Positions 16,403-30,297 of a DNA stretch of 64,000 bases are shown here, one piece after another. The position numbers and the translations under genes are program-made. This stretch comes from Spizellomyces punctatus DAOM BR117. Its lineage: Eukaryota. The stretch is taken from assembly GCA_000182565.2 (NCBI GenBank), contig KQ257464.1, one strand, 5' to 3'. The notes beneath the pieces are model-generated. The model was given only the letters and a program-made list of their open reading frames with translations, made no database searches and was not told the origin of the DNA. The number at the start of each line of letters is the position of its first letter. The stretch's first letter is position 1.

Positions 16403-19400
16403 TTACAATCCAGTTACAGTATATGGTGTTTTGGGCTTTTTGGTAGCCGATGATTCAGAATCCACGTCCGCTAGACGCTTTCGTGTCACTGCCCAGGGTG
16501 CAAGACTAGTTCTGTCTACAACAGTTGTCGGCGAATCGGGATTGACATATGCTTCCTGGGCATTTCTTTTGCTGCTCGAGATTGGTATGGTGACCCATGG
16601 CTGATCGTCTGGCTCGCTACTTATAGGTTCGAAGCCAACCGCAGTGCAGAGATCATTGGTCCGAATGACTTCCAATGCCGTGGATCTCAATCCCGTTACA
16701 TTATCCGAAGACAACGGTGTTACCCGTGCTTCAGTTGGCGCTTGGCCACCCGTACAGACGTTTTCGTGAATGGTAGGATCAATGGAAAGTCTGCTTGCAG
16801 GTTCGCTAATGCAGTCCCCCAGAGGTTTGATGGCTGCTTCGGAGAGATTTTCTGAAGCAGATGCTGGCGCTGGTGTCCGTACAAGCATTCCCTCTGGTGC
16901 GGAAGCACCTACACTCTCTGTGGATGATGGCAAACCTTGAACCCAGCGACCTACAACTTTGGTAGGTGTTTCCACAGCCGAGCACAGTCGCTGGTGTCGT
17001 GCGAGCGGGGTGACATTCATTGCAGGCAGCATGCTTCTTCTTAAAGAGGGACCTGTAGTGCCATCGCTTGAAATTGACCACTGACGGCTACCTCCCCGCG
17101 GCGTACCACCAGAACAAGCTGTGGGTGAATGTATACTCGTTCCACCTGATAATCCCGACCAGCGTTTCTTTGGTGAAAGATCCTCCGCATTCAATACCTG
17201 TAAGGTGACATTAGCCAGGATTACGACGAATGGCAAAAGACCGTGAAACGGTGCTTATTGGAAACATACAGTTTTCAAGAAGTCGCTATGGCTTCGAGGC
17301 CAGTATTTTGAATTAGCTCTCGGGGTGCTGCTGCCAACAGTCAGCACCTCGTCCTCGTCATCCTCATTTTCCACTTTTTCCGCGTCGACACCCCCGGGAT
17401 CATTGTCCACCTTTTTCGAGGACTCGATGTCTCGGTACTTGGCAAGGTCGCTGCTCTGCTGTCGAAGAGGACTCATGCCAATTGCAGATGACCCGTCATC
17501 CATCAGCCTGCTTCTTTTGGCGATGCCTTCCATGATCGACGCGCCTCGTTTAAAGGATGATCGCTCGGAGAACGGGGTCGTAGGGTCGTTTATATTCGCA
17601 ATGGTAGGTAGAGAGCTTGTGGTGTTCAGGTCGTACATAAGGTGAAGATGTCTGCCATGAATGGGTGTCGTAGCGCTGGGCACGTTAAAGGCGGCTGATA
17701 ATGTGGATGGCTGGGGGGTCGTGAATACACGCACATGGTCCGTATACGCATTTGAAGATTCTACTTTCTCGTGTGTAACATCTTCTGTTGAATGAGCTGC
17801 AATTTGTGTACTGGTATCATCCGGATAGCGAGCAGGTGGGCCAGGTGTTCCTTCCGCGGTAGGATGCTTGTGTAGCACGTTGGTAGTTGGCAGTGTTGGT
17901 GTTTGGCTTTCTACGAGCACAGGCGCCTCGGAGAATGTCTTGTTGTTTTCAGTAGGACCATTGCTTTCAAGACCGCTTCCGTCGGTTGTGTGCGCAACGA
18001 CACCAGATTTGCCAGCGTAGGCTGGTGCAGCGAGGGCGCCTTTCGTGGAGGGTAGCTCGGCTGTGGTCATTGTGGGTATATGTAATTGAATGACTTTTAC
18101 GTTTTGAAATACTCGCGTTACCTTGTGATGCTGAAATAGTCATTTCTGCGTTCGGCTCTTGAGCTCCATCTGCAGGCTGACTTTCTAGGACAAGGAAAGG
18201 GTTGTCTCGGTCAGTACGACTGGGCTTGCAGAACCCACTTAGACTTTGTCGTCTGATGACATTAAGGTTAGCATCAGTGTCATCACGGACTTTGCGCATT
18301 GTTGCTGAGGGGCGTTGCTCCAATATTACGGTATCTAGGACATTTGTAACGTCACCCTCTTCTTTGGATGTGGCCAAGGGAAGCATTTGCTTCGTTTGAC
18401 GGGGCGATTTTGGAGGGCGCTGAAGACTTGCAATCAGATTGTCAAGTTCCTGGAAGTTTGCTTGACGCAGCCAACTCTTGTGTATCTTGGATTCAATGTG
18501 CTGGACAACAATAATGCCGCCGCGCAAGTTCAGCCATTACAATAGCTGAATCATTTCACAATTGGGACACTCACCTCCGCAAAAACATCATATTTTATGT
18601 TGCAGTTTTCGCAGTAGCCCGGGCGGTTGTAAAACGCCTTTCCAGCAATGCGATGGTCCCTACGCAGCGTTTCCTGGGGTCGCTTCCGATCCCTACGCTT
18701 CTGAATGTGCGGTTTGTTTCGGGGATGGACGACAAGCTCACGTTGTCCAAGTTGAGTCATCTTGGCATCCTTTAAAGGTTCTCTCTTTGGCAAGACTGCC
18801 GTGGATCCGGATATGAGCCCTGAGGCCGCTGAAGCGACAACGCCATGAAGGCGATGTAGCGCGACCTGCCTTTGTAAGTCATTCTCCTCAGTATCACTGG
18901 AATGCGCATCGCTTTCGTCGACTAGTCGTAAGGCCATTGGGCCGGCATTCGTCACCTCGTCTTGTCCATCCCTGTCGCTAACGCTAGTTGAACTGTCGTC
19001 ACTTGCAGAGCTTGGATATCTGACGAAGGCGCACCGACCCTGACGATCTTTGAAGAAGATTATCGGCCATGGGGGATTCTTCGGATCTTTCGCTTCTTTA
19101 TACTCTTTCATGAGAATAGGCTTATGCAGTTCCAAAGCGTCTTCTACAAGTACGAATCTACTTTTAAATGCTCGGAATGCAGCTTTCTCCTGCTCCGGAT
19201 CCCTGTTGGTCGAGAGACCGTACAGCTTTTCATCACGGAGATGATCCTGCAATCTACGTGGCACTGTAACTCCGTTGAGGGCCTTAAAAATGCGTACGAG
19301 TCCTGAACGACCGGATATACATTAGTAAGTTCAATCACATTTGCAACCCACATTGAAAGTCGCGGCTCTTACTGTCTAGGGACCACACGACAGCGCCAAA

Positions 19401-20573
19401 CTTGCGTGCGATGGATATATTATCTTCATTCTGCTTGCCTCTCGACGCAGAGAAATTGGGAGCCTATCAGACACACGAATGATCAATAAGTTTGCCAATT
19501 CGGGAACGGGAACCAAACATTGAATGTACTTGAAAGGCACTAACCCTTCTTCCAGATCTTCAGTTTGCAGAGTGAGATTGTAAGGAAGCAAAGTTAGCGT
19601 AAAAAAGCGACAGGAGACAAGGGGGTTGCATACACGTACGGGCTGCCAAGTTTGCCTGGAGACAATCCGCGGTTGGGTGTTGTTTCCTTGGCCCGCACAA
19701 CACTACCCGTGGTGGCAGAGCTTCTGGATGGCGTTTTTGAGCCATCTCTTTCCAGTGGAATGGGTTTATTAGTGACGAGATGAGTGATGCTTTTATTCAT
19801 AAAAAGCTCGACCGTCTGGTACATTCAAAGCTGGTGAGATCATTTGAGCTTCGGACACGAAAATGAGAGGTGATCCTTACGCCTCCCAGTTCTTTTATTT
19901 GGCGACTAAGATCAGCTGCCACTTTATTATCAAAGCAGTCAAAAAAGAATCTGTAGTTCTTGATTTTGCCTTTGAACTGCGCGAGCGCGACAGCCTTGTC
20001 GGCTACGGACTGCGTCGCTGGAGCAGAAGTCCCCTTTGACTTTCCTGGAGTTCTCTTCACAGAAGGGGTACGTGGTGTGGCAAAGACAGTAGTGGAACGC
20101 GCCCTGCTTGCGTCGGAAGTGGCAGATTCAGGCTTTTTGGTTTGGGATGGGGTGGCAGGTGTGTGTTTTTCGATCTTCCTTGCGGCTTGGCCGGCGACAG
20201 GAGTGTCGCTCGGCCCTTTCGCGCTTGACGGCCATAGCGAATTGGGCTTTGTGGGCCATGGGGGCGTATTCTTACGATAGTCGACAGAGCGTAACGGTGT
20301 ATTGCGCGCGCTCAAGGGCGGCTTCGCCGCGCTGGTGGGCACTACGGTAGAAGAGCTGCCTCGCGCAGAAATAGAGCTTGCAAAGCCATGAGGGCGGGTA
20401 AATTGAAATATTGGCTGCTTGACCTCAGGCGTGTGAGCCATTGACAGGTCGCTTCCCATATTCATTCCATTCCACAGACTTCCCAACGGTGCAGGCGTGT
20501 CCACCGTCGTGCGGACCTCCGCAAGCTTCTTACGCGTTGAGCCTGGTTGCACATTTTCACTCTGGTCGACCAT
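16403..20573 (-). CDS. DBF4: DDK regulatory subunit Dbf4/Dfp1/ASK
   Basis: Motif N/BRCT (YRFFFD...IKELGG-TVELFMNKSITHLVT), motif M (FVLVED...KPILMKEY...WP) and motif C Zn finger (PGYCENCNIKY...HIESKIH), followed by a long S/T/P-rich tail. Confidence 0.9.
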
Positions 20574-21154
20574 GACCGTTGGCCCCTAACCGCGTTTGTT
20601 TCCGGCTCGTTCACTGCTACCGAGAAACAAACGAGTAAGTTCTCCGAAATGATGCAACCGGTGATTTTCTGCGGTTTGGCAAACGCACCGGATACTCTCC
20701 CACCTGAAGCAAGGGGTCAAGCATCCAAAATAACAAGTACTGCTAACATGTGGACTGCGTTGGCGCCTTCGCTAACGTTTGAATACGCAAGAAAGATAGC
20801 AGGCTCGCACTCGGGGCGGTCGCCTTCAAAAGCAGTTTGATCACCCTGACGTAAGCCCAGCCGTGAGGGACCTCTCTTTTTCCAGGGGGACAAACACGTA
20901 GGAATGGCACACTCAGTCGGCGCTATTCTGGAACCACAAATATGCCTATAATACGGTCTGCGAAGGCGAACGGAAATGTAGATGGTGCTCAAAAAGGCGG
21001 TCTCGTTAAGGGCGACCTACTCATCCTGTCCGGACGTCATTTGGACCAAAATGGTTACATTTGCAATTACCGCGTTGTTCAATTTATCACCTTTTGAATG
21101 CCTTCTTGACGTTGTCAACAGTTGAGAGATGATGCTGTAATAAAACGATATCAA

Positions 21155-23587
21155 ATGGCTTCCGACGAAATCTCGGGAGCTCCCAAAGTCACCACCGACC
21201 ATGAGAACGGCACCTCTCCGTCAAGCGGCGAGAAGAGAAAAAGACAAACAAGTTGGGATAATGAACCTGGCACCGACTCACAGCCGTCCCCAAAAAATGC
21301 ACGCACAGGTATGCCAATCAATATCTTTCCCCGTCGATCCGTCATGTACTCTCTGACTTCTGGTGCGTGGTCGACAGATGGTGCGACCTTCTCTGAACCC
21401 ACTACACCAGCCGCCGCTAACCCCACAAGGACACAGCCCTCTACTCCTCAATCACAACCTTCGATTCACCCTACCTCTACCAGTTTAACGGCAGAGCAAC
21501 GAGAGAGGCTCGAGAAAGCAAAGGCCTTTGCCCGTGAGGCCACACTAAAGGTATTTGACTGTTGAATAAAACGTCTGCTTTGATGGTAGGTCGTGCGCAC
21601 GCTGACCAGTCCATGCTCAATCGTTGCTGGTCCAGATTTTACAGTCCAAACTGGCCCAAACCCCGCTGGTGATTCCCAACGCAGCCTCCCTAGCCGCCGG
21701 CGTAGAAGCCCGATCTATTGCGGTGATGAGCCGCATTTACGTAGGCTCGATCAACTTTGAGCTAACAGAGCAACACATCAAAGCGGTGTTCAATCAATTC
21801 GGCTACGTAAAATCCGTGAGCATGACCATTGATCCAGCTACTGGCAAGCACAAGGGATTCTGTTTTGTGGAATACGAGGTACCAGAAGCGGCAGAATTAG
21901 CTTTGGATCTTATGAACGGAGCCGAGCTCGGAGGACGGTAAGATTTCCAACAAGACGATCATGGTGGTTCGGGATCAAGGAACTGAATCGGTATCGATTG
22001 GTGTAGCCAACTAAAAGTGGGACGACCGAATAATTACAACCCAACTGTTGCCAAAACACTTCCCACACCAATCCCACAACGCCTCTACATCGCCAATGTC
22101 AACGAGTTCGTGTCCGAACAGAATATCGAAAGCATTTTCGAAGCATTCGGAAAAATCAAAGGATGTTCGCTGCTTGTACGTACTACAAACCAAACTCTAC
22201 TTACTCTTTCTGGATCCCAAATCTCATCTTGTTCACTTGCAGCCAGATCTAGTACAACGCAAACACAAGGGCAATGGGTAAGTGAAAGGGTGATTGTGTT
22301 TGGGCAGAAGCGCGGGCTGTGCGGTATATGGGGTACCGTTGGGACGAGGCGTAGCGGGTTTTGCTATACTCGCGAGGCTCTTTATGTTGGGAGTTGCCGG
22401 TATTGACCTTCCCTGTCGTCCTACGCTTTATTTTTCTTTCTTTCTTTCTTCCTTCTCCTGAACATACCGCCCCTACTTGCATTATATCCGTATTGTCATC
22501 CACATATCGCCAGCCGATGGCCCAAGCTTTGTGTGTGACACACTCTGCCATGAAGTCAGCCGTAGGAGACGGGGTCCAACCACCCTTTCCGGCCTGATAC
22601 ATGCTGGACCTTCTATCACCGTGCGACGCCAGTGCAAGCAATGGCTGACCGCGATTGTGTGTTCTTGTAGGTATATTGAGTTTGAGGAGGAAACTGCAGC
22701 GATAGCGGCTCTCGCCAGCATGAACAACTTTGAACTCGGAGGGCAACCCTTGCGTATGATGAAGGCCATGATTGGCGGGCCACTTCCCCCTGGTATGAAA
22801 AGTTTGGAGACTATGCCACCGGTTCCTGTGGTCGCTACCGTTCCTGCCAGTGTCCTAAATGTGGCTCACAACATCAATAACACGATTGGTATGTGGTTTC
22901 CTTCTGCTACTGTGATCGCGAACGACAGGTTTAACGGTTTGTCGATGAATCAGCACAGAAAACCGGCGCTGCTGCAGCAGCTAGGCTCATAAATCCTGCG
23001 CTGCAAAGTGCTCTTGCCAAAGTTCAGGCAAGAGTAAACGAAGAGAACGCCGCTCTAGAGGAAAACATGTCCATTAGTGCAAGTCAGCGATATTCGATAA
23101 TGCAGAAATTGATGAGGAGTGATGGAAGCCAAGAGGTGAGTGTTGTGTAAATAGAGTAGAGATTCGAGTATTATTTGATGCTCATTTCATATGCGTAGGC
23201 ATCGTCACCTGTGATTGCGCTTCGTAATATGGTTGTGGTGAAGGATCTGGATGATTCGCTGAACGACGAGATATCAGAGGAATGTACAAAATATGGGCGG
23301 GTTCTAAAGGTCTTGATTTGGGTAGATCCTGTCAAACAGGCAAGCGATGCCTTGAAGCCAGACGATAATGTGGATATTTATGTTCAGTTTGAGGCGCCAG
23401 AAGGTATGTTACCTTTCCAAAATTCGTCGACCACAGGTTCGAGCTGATATGGTTGTTATCTCCAGCGGCGAGACAAGCAAGGGCAGCGTTAGATAAACGC
23501 TTTTTTGCTGGACGACGGGTAGCGGCATCCTTTTTCACGATGGAGGAATTTGCTAAATTGGATTCGCAGACAAATGCAACCATCTGA
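21155..23587 (+). CDS. PUF60: Poly(U)-binding splicing factor PUF60/half-pint (RRM1, RRM2, UHM)
   Basis: MSRIYVGSINFEL...DPATGKHKGFCFVEYEVPEAAELAL..MNG..LGGRQLKVGRPNN, RLYIANV, MNNFELGGQPLR, EENMSISASQRYSIMQKLMR and UHM VIALRNMV...EISEECTKYG...RFFAGR. Confidence 0.93.
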
Positions 23588-23803
23588 ATTTCTATCCGTT
23601 TGTTCATTTCATCACCAACATGAAACTGATGCTATTTGCATGTTCGAAACAGTTGAGAAAGGATGCAACTAAATTTACATAACGAAAACTAAACATGTAC
23701 AAATTGGGACTCAGCTATGCTGGTCTAAATCTAAATGAAACTAATCCAAAATTAAAAATATGTGGAGCGGCTGGCCACACCTGGCTCAGCCAAAAGTGAG
23801 TGC

Positions 23804-24525
23804 CTACCACCAGCGCTGCGAGGCTACCCTCCAGTTCCACCATTCGGCGCCTGCATAACCTAACCAGCCCAACACAAGGATCCACCCAGCGCTTGCAGCT
23901 GCCTTTACAGTGCCCAAATTCTTGGTCTCCTGTCCGACACCAGGGGTGAAGAATCCATACGAGAAGACAATCCCACATCCGGCATCTCCTTGAGCTTTTT
24001 CAAACTCTTGACAAGATTTCTTCAAACCAGCTGTGACGAGCGATGCTGCAACCAATGCGACAAGAGTGTACATTGATGCGACCACGGCGAATGCAAGAAT
24101 CACCCGCTTTGCACGAGCCTGGTCTTTGGCCAAGAAGTAAAGCAAAGTACCACCGAGGATAATGGACAGGAGGATACCAAGAATGCCAACACTAATAACA
24201 TAAAATGAGGACCCACGTTGAAAGCTCCACAAATGTTGGCTGGTCACTTACCCAACAGCAATTCCGCAAGCTGATGAGTCCGCATCGAACAGGCGCACTC
24301 CACCCTCCTCATGATAATTACCAACAAAGAGTAGACTACAGATGTGCAGAAAAAACAAACTGTTAGTACAGGGGCCCAAGGAAAGACAATAACCCTCTGA
24401 AATTACCAAACACGAGACGGCCCGAATTGGGCTTGGTCCGATATTCCGCCAGTAAAGATGGCTGCAACGACCAACAGCACCACGTAGAGTGCTCCCCACG
24501 CTAGGGTCTTTGCATTAATGTTCAT
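23804..24525 (-). CDS. Four-TM membrane protein, MARVEL/TMEM179-like
   Basis: Three exons giving four hydrophobic helices, with Cys pairs in the loops (CSLLF...SSAC; GLKKSCQEF...GCG) and a final AGWILVLGWLGY. The family assignment is tentative. Confidence 0.55.
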
Positions 24526-24763
24526 CTCGTGCGTCCTTGTCTTTGTTCGGGGGATAATGACCCAACTTGAACCTTTAAAGGTGGAAAGGTGCGAAAGATG
24601 GCTTTTGAACCCGCGCAAGTTTTGCTTTAATTGCGGAAAAACGGAAGTGGTCACATGACTAGCTATTGGCATGGCAACAAGAATGCACGTGGATTCAACT
24701 TGATCAAAACAAAAAGAAATATACAATTGTGGTTGCAGCACTTGGAAGTTGACATCTGGAACA

Positions 24764-26274
24764 ATGGTATTTGTAAAGGCAGGCATTTGGGGTAGGTACA
24801 AGGGAGATGAGGAGGGTCCATAGCATAATATGGATGACAGTTACATGACTCTTGAGGATGGCCATGTATGCGCGACAAACCTGCTGATCTAATCTTCCCA
24901 CAGGCCTTACAGTTGAGGCTGGCAAAGAGTATTCGCAGATTGTCGATGATTCCTTCTGCATCACAATGGTATGGATCGCTGGCATAACTATAAAGAATGG
25001 GACTGCATACAATGAGCTGACGTCTCTTGTGTGGGTAGGCCGCGTTAGGCGCGCAACTTCCTAAAAACGGAGGTCGCACCTCAATCTCTATCAAAATTCA
25101 TGACAAGGAATTTGCCGTGTGCTCATTGACTCCTGGAAAGATTGAGCAGCAGGTCCTTGACTTGACTCTCCTTGAGGGCGAGGAAGTGACCATCAAAGGC
25201 ACTGGAAATTGCCCTGTCGATCTGACGGGTAACTACTTGGTTGACCCTTACGACGAATCGGATGACGAGGATGACCTTTCAATGGAAATCGATGGTGAGG
25301 GTGAGTACCTGTGCCTCCAGAGTCGAATATCTCTGATTGTTGCTAATGCGGCCCATTGTCGGTCTCCAATAGACATGGACTCTGAAGACGCTGAAGGCTG
25401 GGAAGACATGGACGACGACGAGGAGGATGATGATGAGGAAGACGATGATGAGGAGGATGAGATGGATATTGCTGCGCAGCTGGACGCCGCGTTGAAGAGC
25501 AAGCGGAAGCTCCCTGAGATCCCGTCGAGCAAAACCACCAAAAAGGCCAAAATTGTGGAGATTGAAGAGCCAGCAGAGGCACCGGTAGCAAAGACCAACG
25601 GGACCCCTGCAAAGAAAGATGCTAAAACGGACGCCAAAAAGGACACCCCCGCCAAGAAGGAGGCTCCTGCAAAGAACGCGTCTGCTAAAAAGGACGCCAC
25701 CACCAAGAAGGAAACGCAGACCCCTAAACCTGAACCCACCAAAAAGGCCGAAACCCCCGTTTCTGCCAAAGCTGTCGCGAAGCAGCAGCAAAAGGAACAA
25801 ACAGCTACGCCCAAGGAGCAAAAGGCTGAAAAGTCTGCTGAAAAGCCTGCAGAAACTCCCAAATCTACAAAAAAGACGCTTGGGAATGGACTGGTGGTGG
25901 AGGACGTTACTGTTGGGACTGGAACCAAGGCCAAGGCTGGAAAGAAGGTTGGCGTTCGTTACATTGGACGCCTTGCAAACGGCAAAGTATTTGATAGCAA
26001 CACCAAGGGGAGCCCATTTATTTTCCGCCTCGGGGCTGGAGAAGTAATTCGTGGCTGGGATCTTGGCGTCAATGGGATGAACATTGGCGGAGTCCGCAAA
26101 TTGACTATTCCTGCCAGTCTTGCCTACGGGTCTCGGGTAAGTTTTTTCAATTATTGATCAAAGGAAATTTCAAAATATTTAACAAATCTGAGTTTTTAGG
26201 GTGCTCCGCCTGACATTCCACCCAACGCAACGTTAGAGTTTGAAGTTAAACTGTTGGAAGTGCGCAATAAATAA
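24764..26274 (+). CDS. FPR4: Nucleolar FKBP-type peptidyl-prolyl isomerase/histone chaperone (Fpr3/Fpr4 type)
   Basis: Nucleoplasmin-like N-terminal domain ([15 protein letters not shown]...VDLTGNY), acidic tract, Lys-rich linker and FKBP domain ([16 protein letters not shown]...VIRGWDLGV...[20 protein letters not shown]). Confidence 0.93.
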
Positions 26275-26654
26275 CGTGACCTATGCACGTGCATTAGGCA
26301 AATGTGATTGGAGGAAATTTGTGTTGTGGAGTAATAAACGGCCCTTGAAGCAAAATTTTAATTCTTGGCCGCTCGTTACCTGATCTGTGGATCTGAAACG
26401 CCCCGTGCCCCCCTTTTTGCTTCAGCGGCTTTTGGGAAATGGAAGGAATTTGCGGGGGGGCCATTGGGAGGTGTGCTGACCATCACCATTTTTATTATTG
26501 GCAAGAATTCTTGGCTTTAGGATATTTTGGGGGTTTTTTTTATAATGATGCTTTGAGCAGAACTTCCCTTGACCACTTGGACTTTGGGGGGGAGGAAGAA
26601 GGAATGGAACCCTAGAATACGCATTATTATTTACACTCCAACATCATCATCATC

Positions 26655-27714
26655 ATGTCCGCTTCCATGCATGCTGTCCACGACGGGTTTGCGGAGCGCA
26701 GCAGCAACCGCACGTCGCGGGACATTGGCGGTTGGTTCCAAAAAAAGTGGGTGTCCGTCTTTCGCAAGGACAAGCCGACAACGAGGACGACGAGGACGAA
26801 TATCACAAGAAAGAATGTGCGCTCGTCTTTCACCGACTCGACGACACACGCGTTCGACTTTGGCATTCCTCTGAACGAGGCTGGCCGCCAGGACCACGGC
26901 AGAGTCAATGACTGCCGAAGAATTTGCTCGAGCCGTGGGAATTCAGATTTTGGTCGCCAGCGACGCCGAGAGAGACTGAAACTTGCGATACGAAGCAGCA
27001 GCAGTGTCACGTTTGAGAACACGCGCGACATTTTCTCTCGNNNNNNNNNNNNNNNNNNNNNNNNNNNNNNNNNNNNNNNNNNNNNNNNNNNNNNNNNNNN
27101 NNNNNNNNNNNNNNNNNNNNNNNNNNNNNNNNNNNNNNNNNNNNNNNNNNNNNNNNNNNNNNNNNNNNNNNNNNNNNNNNNNNNNNNNNGACATGTCTCT
27201 CTTTCAACCACCTACCTCATGCAGTGATTCCCGGTCTGGACCCGTGGAATCTTGTTACCCCTCCATTGCCACTAGTTCCCCGCTAACCATCTCGTCCTCT
27301 TACGAGTCACCGCTTTACCTTCAACGATCACGGTCTGTTAGTGTATTCATACCACCACCCACATCCGAAAACATTATTGCATCGAGATCCGCCAGCGTGT
27401 GTATTCCGGTGGTACCTCCCACCTCAACATCCTCCCACCGCGTTGTCGAAGTCACCAACAAGGGACGCTTCACCCTCACACGAGAACGAAGCGACCATTT
27501 CACTGCTCGCCGGCCGACGCACACGCGTTCCGTCAGCTCGATCAGCCGCTTCCAAATTGTTCGACCTACCTTGTCCAGCCCCAGTGAACCTCTCTTGGAA
27601 GGCCCACCCACACCCTCACCTACAGAGCGACGTGCGTCTGATGGTGATACTAGCAAGATGACTGCATTCAAAAGTGGGACATTAAAGTCTATTGATAGCG
27701 GTGTGTCAGTCTAA
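26655..27714 (+). CDS. Hypothetical Ser/Pro/Arg-rich protein spanning the assembly gap
   Basis: Open frames on both sides of the N run (MSASMHAV...; ...KGRFTLTRE...IDSGVSV*). The frame across the gap cannot be resolved. Confidence 0.5.
27041..27189. other. Assembly gap (149 N)
   Basis: Run of N characters. Confidence 1.
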
Positions 27715-28340
27715 TAGGACCGATCTGAACTCTTTGTATATAGCTCTTGTTTTCTCCCACATTTCACTTTGTATGTGATTGCACTCCCCAGTATCGGTGC
27801 ATTTTTTTTTTTTTTTGGTTTCGTTTGTTTGCGCTAGTTGCATACCCCAAAACCTGTAGATTTATTAGTTGCGTTTTGCTTGTTACCAATAATATGATAA
27901 ATGTCAGACGAGTCTCTATCATAAACTAGTAGAGTTTACATGTAGAAATAATATCTTCAATTACGTTTTGGTTGTTTTTGTAAATCTCAATTGTCACCCA
28001 TTCTTGTAGGTGATCTTGTTGCATGCTGGAGGTGGACCCGTGGCTAATAGAAATGTGGCCGTTTTTTGTTCGAAATGTGCACGGCATATTTATCTTTTGA
28101 AAAGGCAAAAAAAGCCCCCCAAAAACCTACGTTTTGAAATAAACGTCTCGCTTTCCTTCTTTCCTGCTTTTCTGTCTTACTTTTTAATACGATAGTTATA
28201 CCAATCATTATTTACTCCATCAGGGTACATTACGCACTCTGGATCTATAAGTGTGCCCAATCAAACATCTTAAAAAAAGATTTCAGATATGTATCGTATT
28301 GCCATTATACTGTCCTACACATGAGGTCATAAGTTTCTTT

Positions 28341-29363
<1,023 letters not shown>

Positions 29364-29844
29364 GATTGTGAGTTTTCTTTCTTGACAGAGGATGGGTTTG
29401 CAAAAAGGTTTAAGATAACGGGGGGGACGAACGCGTGCCGAGAGAAAGAGAACCAGATGACAAGAAACAACGGCGGACAATTAACAAGACGCTTTAAACA
29501 AAATCGTTACGAGCAAAAATGGAATTCCCCAATGTGCGTTCAAAATAAATTGGGCATCAAGAGATCGCCGACAAGGAAGCACCAACACTCACACGGACCG
29601 CTTTTAGCCCTCCCCCCCCCCAAACTGCACCAGCATAAGGGATGGCGCCCTGTTTCCCATTTAGGATCGTACAGCGCGGCACAGTCACATTAGCAATGGA
29701 TAGCGTGGCCATTTCCCATTTTGGGTGTGCATTATATAATGTGTTATTGGATTTTACAATGAAGGAAATTGTAAAGCATTCACGCATCAGGCAATCTGGT
29801 TAAACAGCATTCAGAACACACACAACGACAAGCACTTTCTGACC

Positions 29845-30087
29845 ATGGCATCGTCGCATCCCGTCCACACGCCCCAAACTCCGCACCACCATCACGAACA
29901 CGACCCAGCGTCGCTGGGCTCTGCAGCAGAAATTCTGTCCTTGGCCGAAGACGTGGCCACTCATGCAGTATCTGCCACAGCGGGCGCGTTAAAGCACCGC
30001 AAGGATGAACATGATAAAAAGATGGTGGTAAGGGCGCAGGAAAAGGAAATGGAAAAAATCACCGACTGGCTGGAGGACGAGCGTTGA
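29845..30087 (+). CDS. Hypothetical 80-aa protein
   Basis: Intronless ORF with good start context (accATGG) and an upstream TATA-like TATTATAA near 29731. His-rich N-terminus, charged helical C-terminus. No family recognised. Confidence 0.55.
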   Translation: MASSHPVHTPQTPHHHHEHDPASLGSAAEILSLAEDVATHAVSATAGALKHRKDEHDKKMVVRAQEKEMEKITDWLEDER

Positions 30088-30297
30088 TAACCGTGTCTTG
30101 TTGGGAGCTTTTCCTCGTTTGTTAAGTATACCCTCGTGACTAGCCAAAATGCGAATGTGTAGGTTTAGGATAGCAACTAGTTCCTGCACTCCCCATCTTT
30201 TAGACCACAAAGATAACCCCTTGTAAATATCATCACTATTCTAAAAAAAAGCGTTTGAAAAACACACACAATAACATGTCAGGTAATAAATAACAGT

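Noticed and set aside
24790-24903. Possible box C/D snoRNA in the first FKBP intron (ATGAGGA...CTGA)
   Set aside because: The C box is imperfect, the CTGA coincides with the probable branch point, and I recognised no convincing rRNA antisense element.
25248-25934. Long antisense and alternative-frame ORFs over FKBP (also over GCV2, DBF4 and XRN2)
   Set aside because: These are shadows of low-complexity or codon-biased coding sequence, with no independent protein features.
26655-27714. Apparent frameshift or pseudogene
   Set aside because: The frame change falls within the N gap, whose length is only an estimate. The flanking homopolymer-rich sequence may be low quality.
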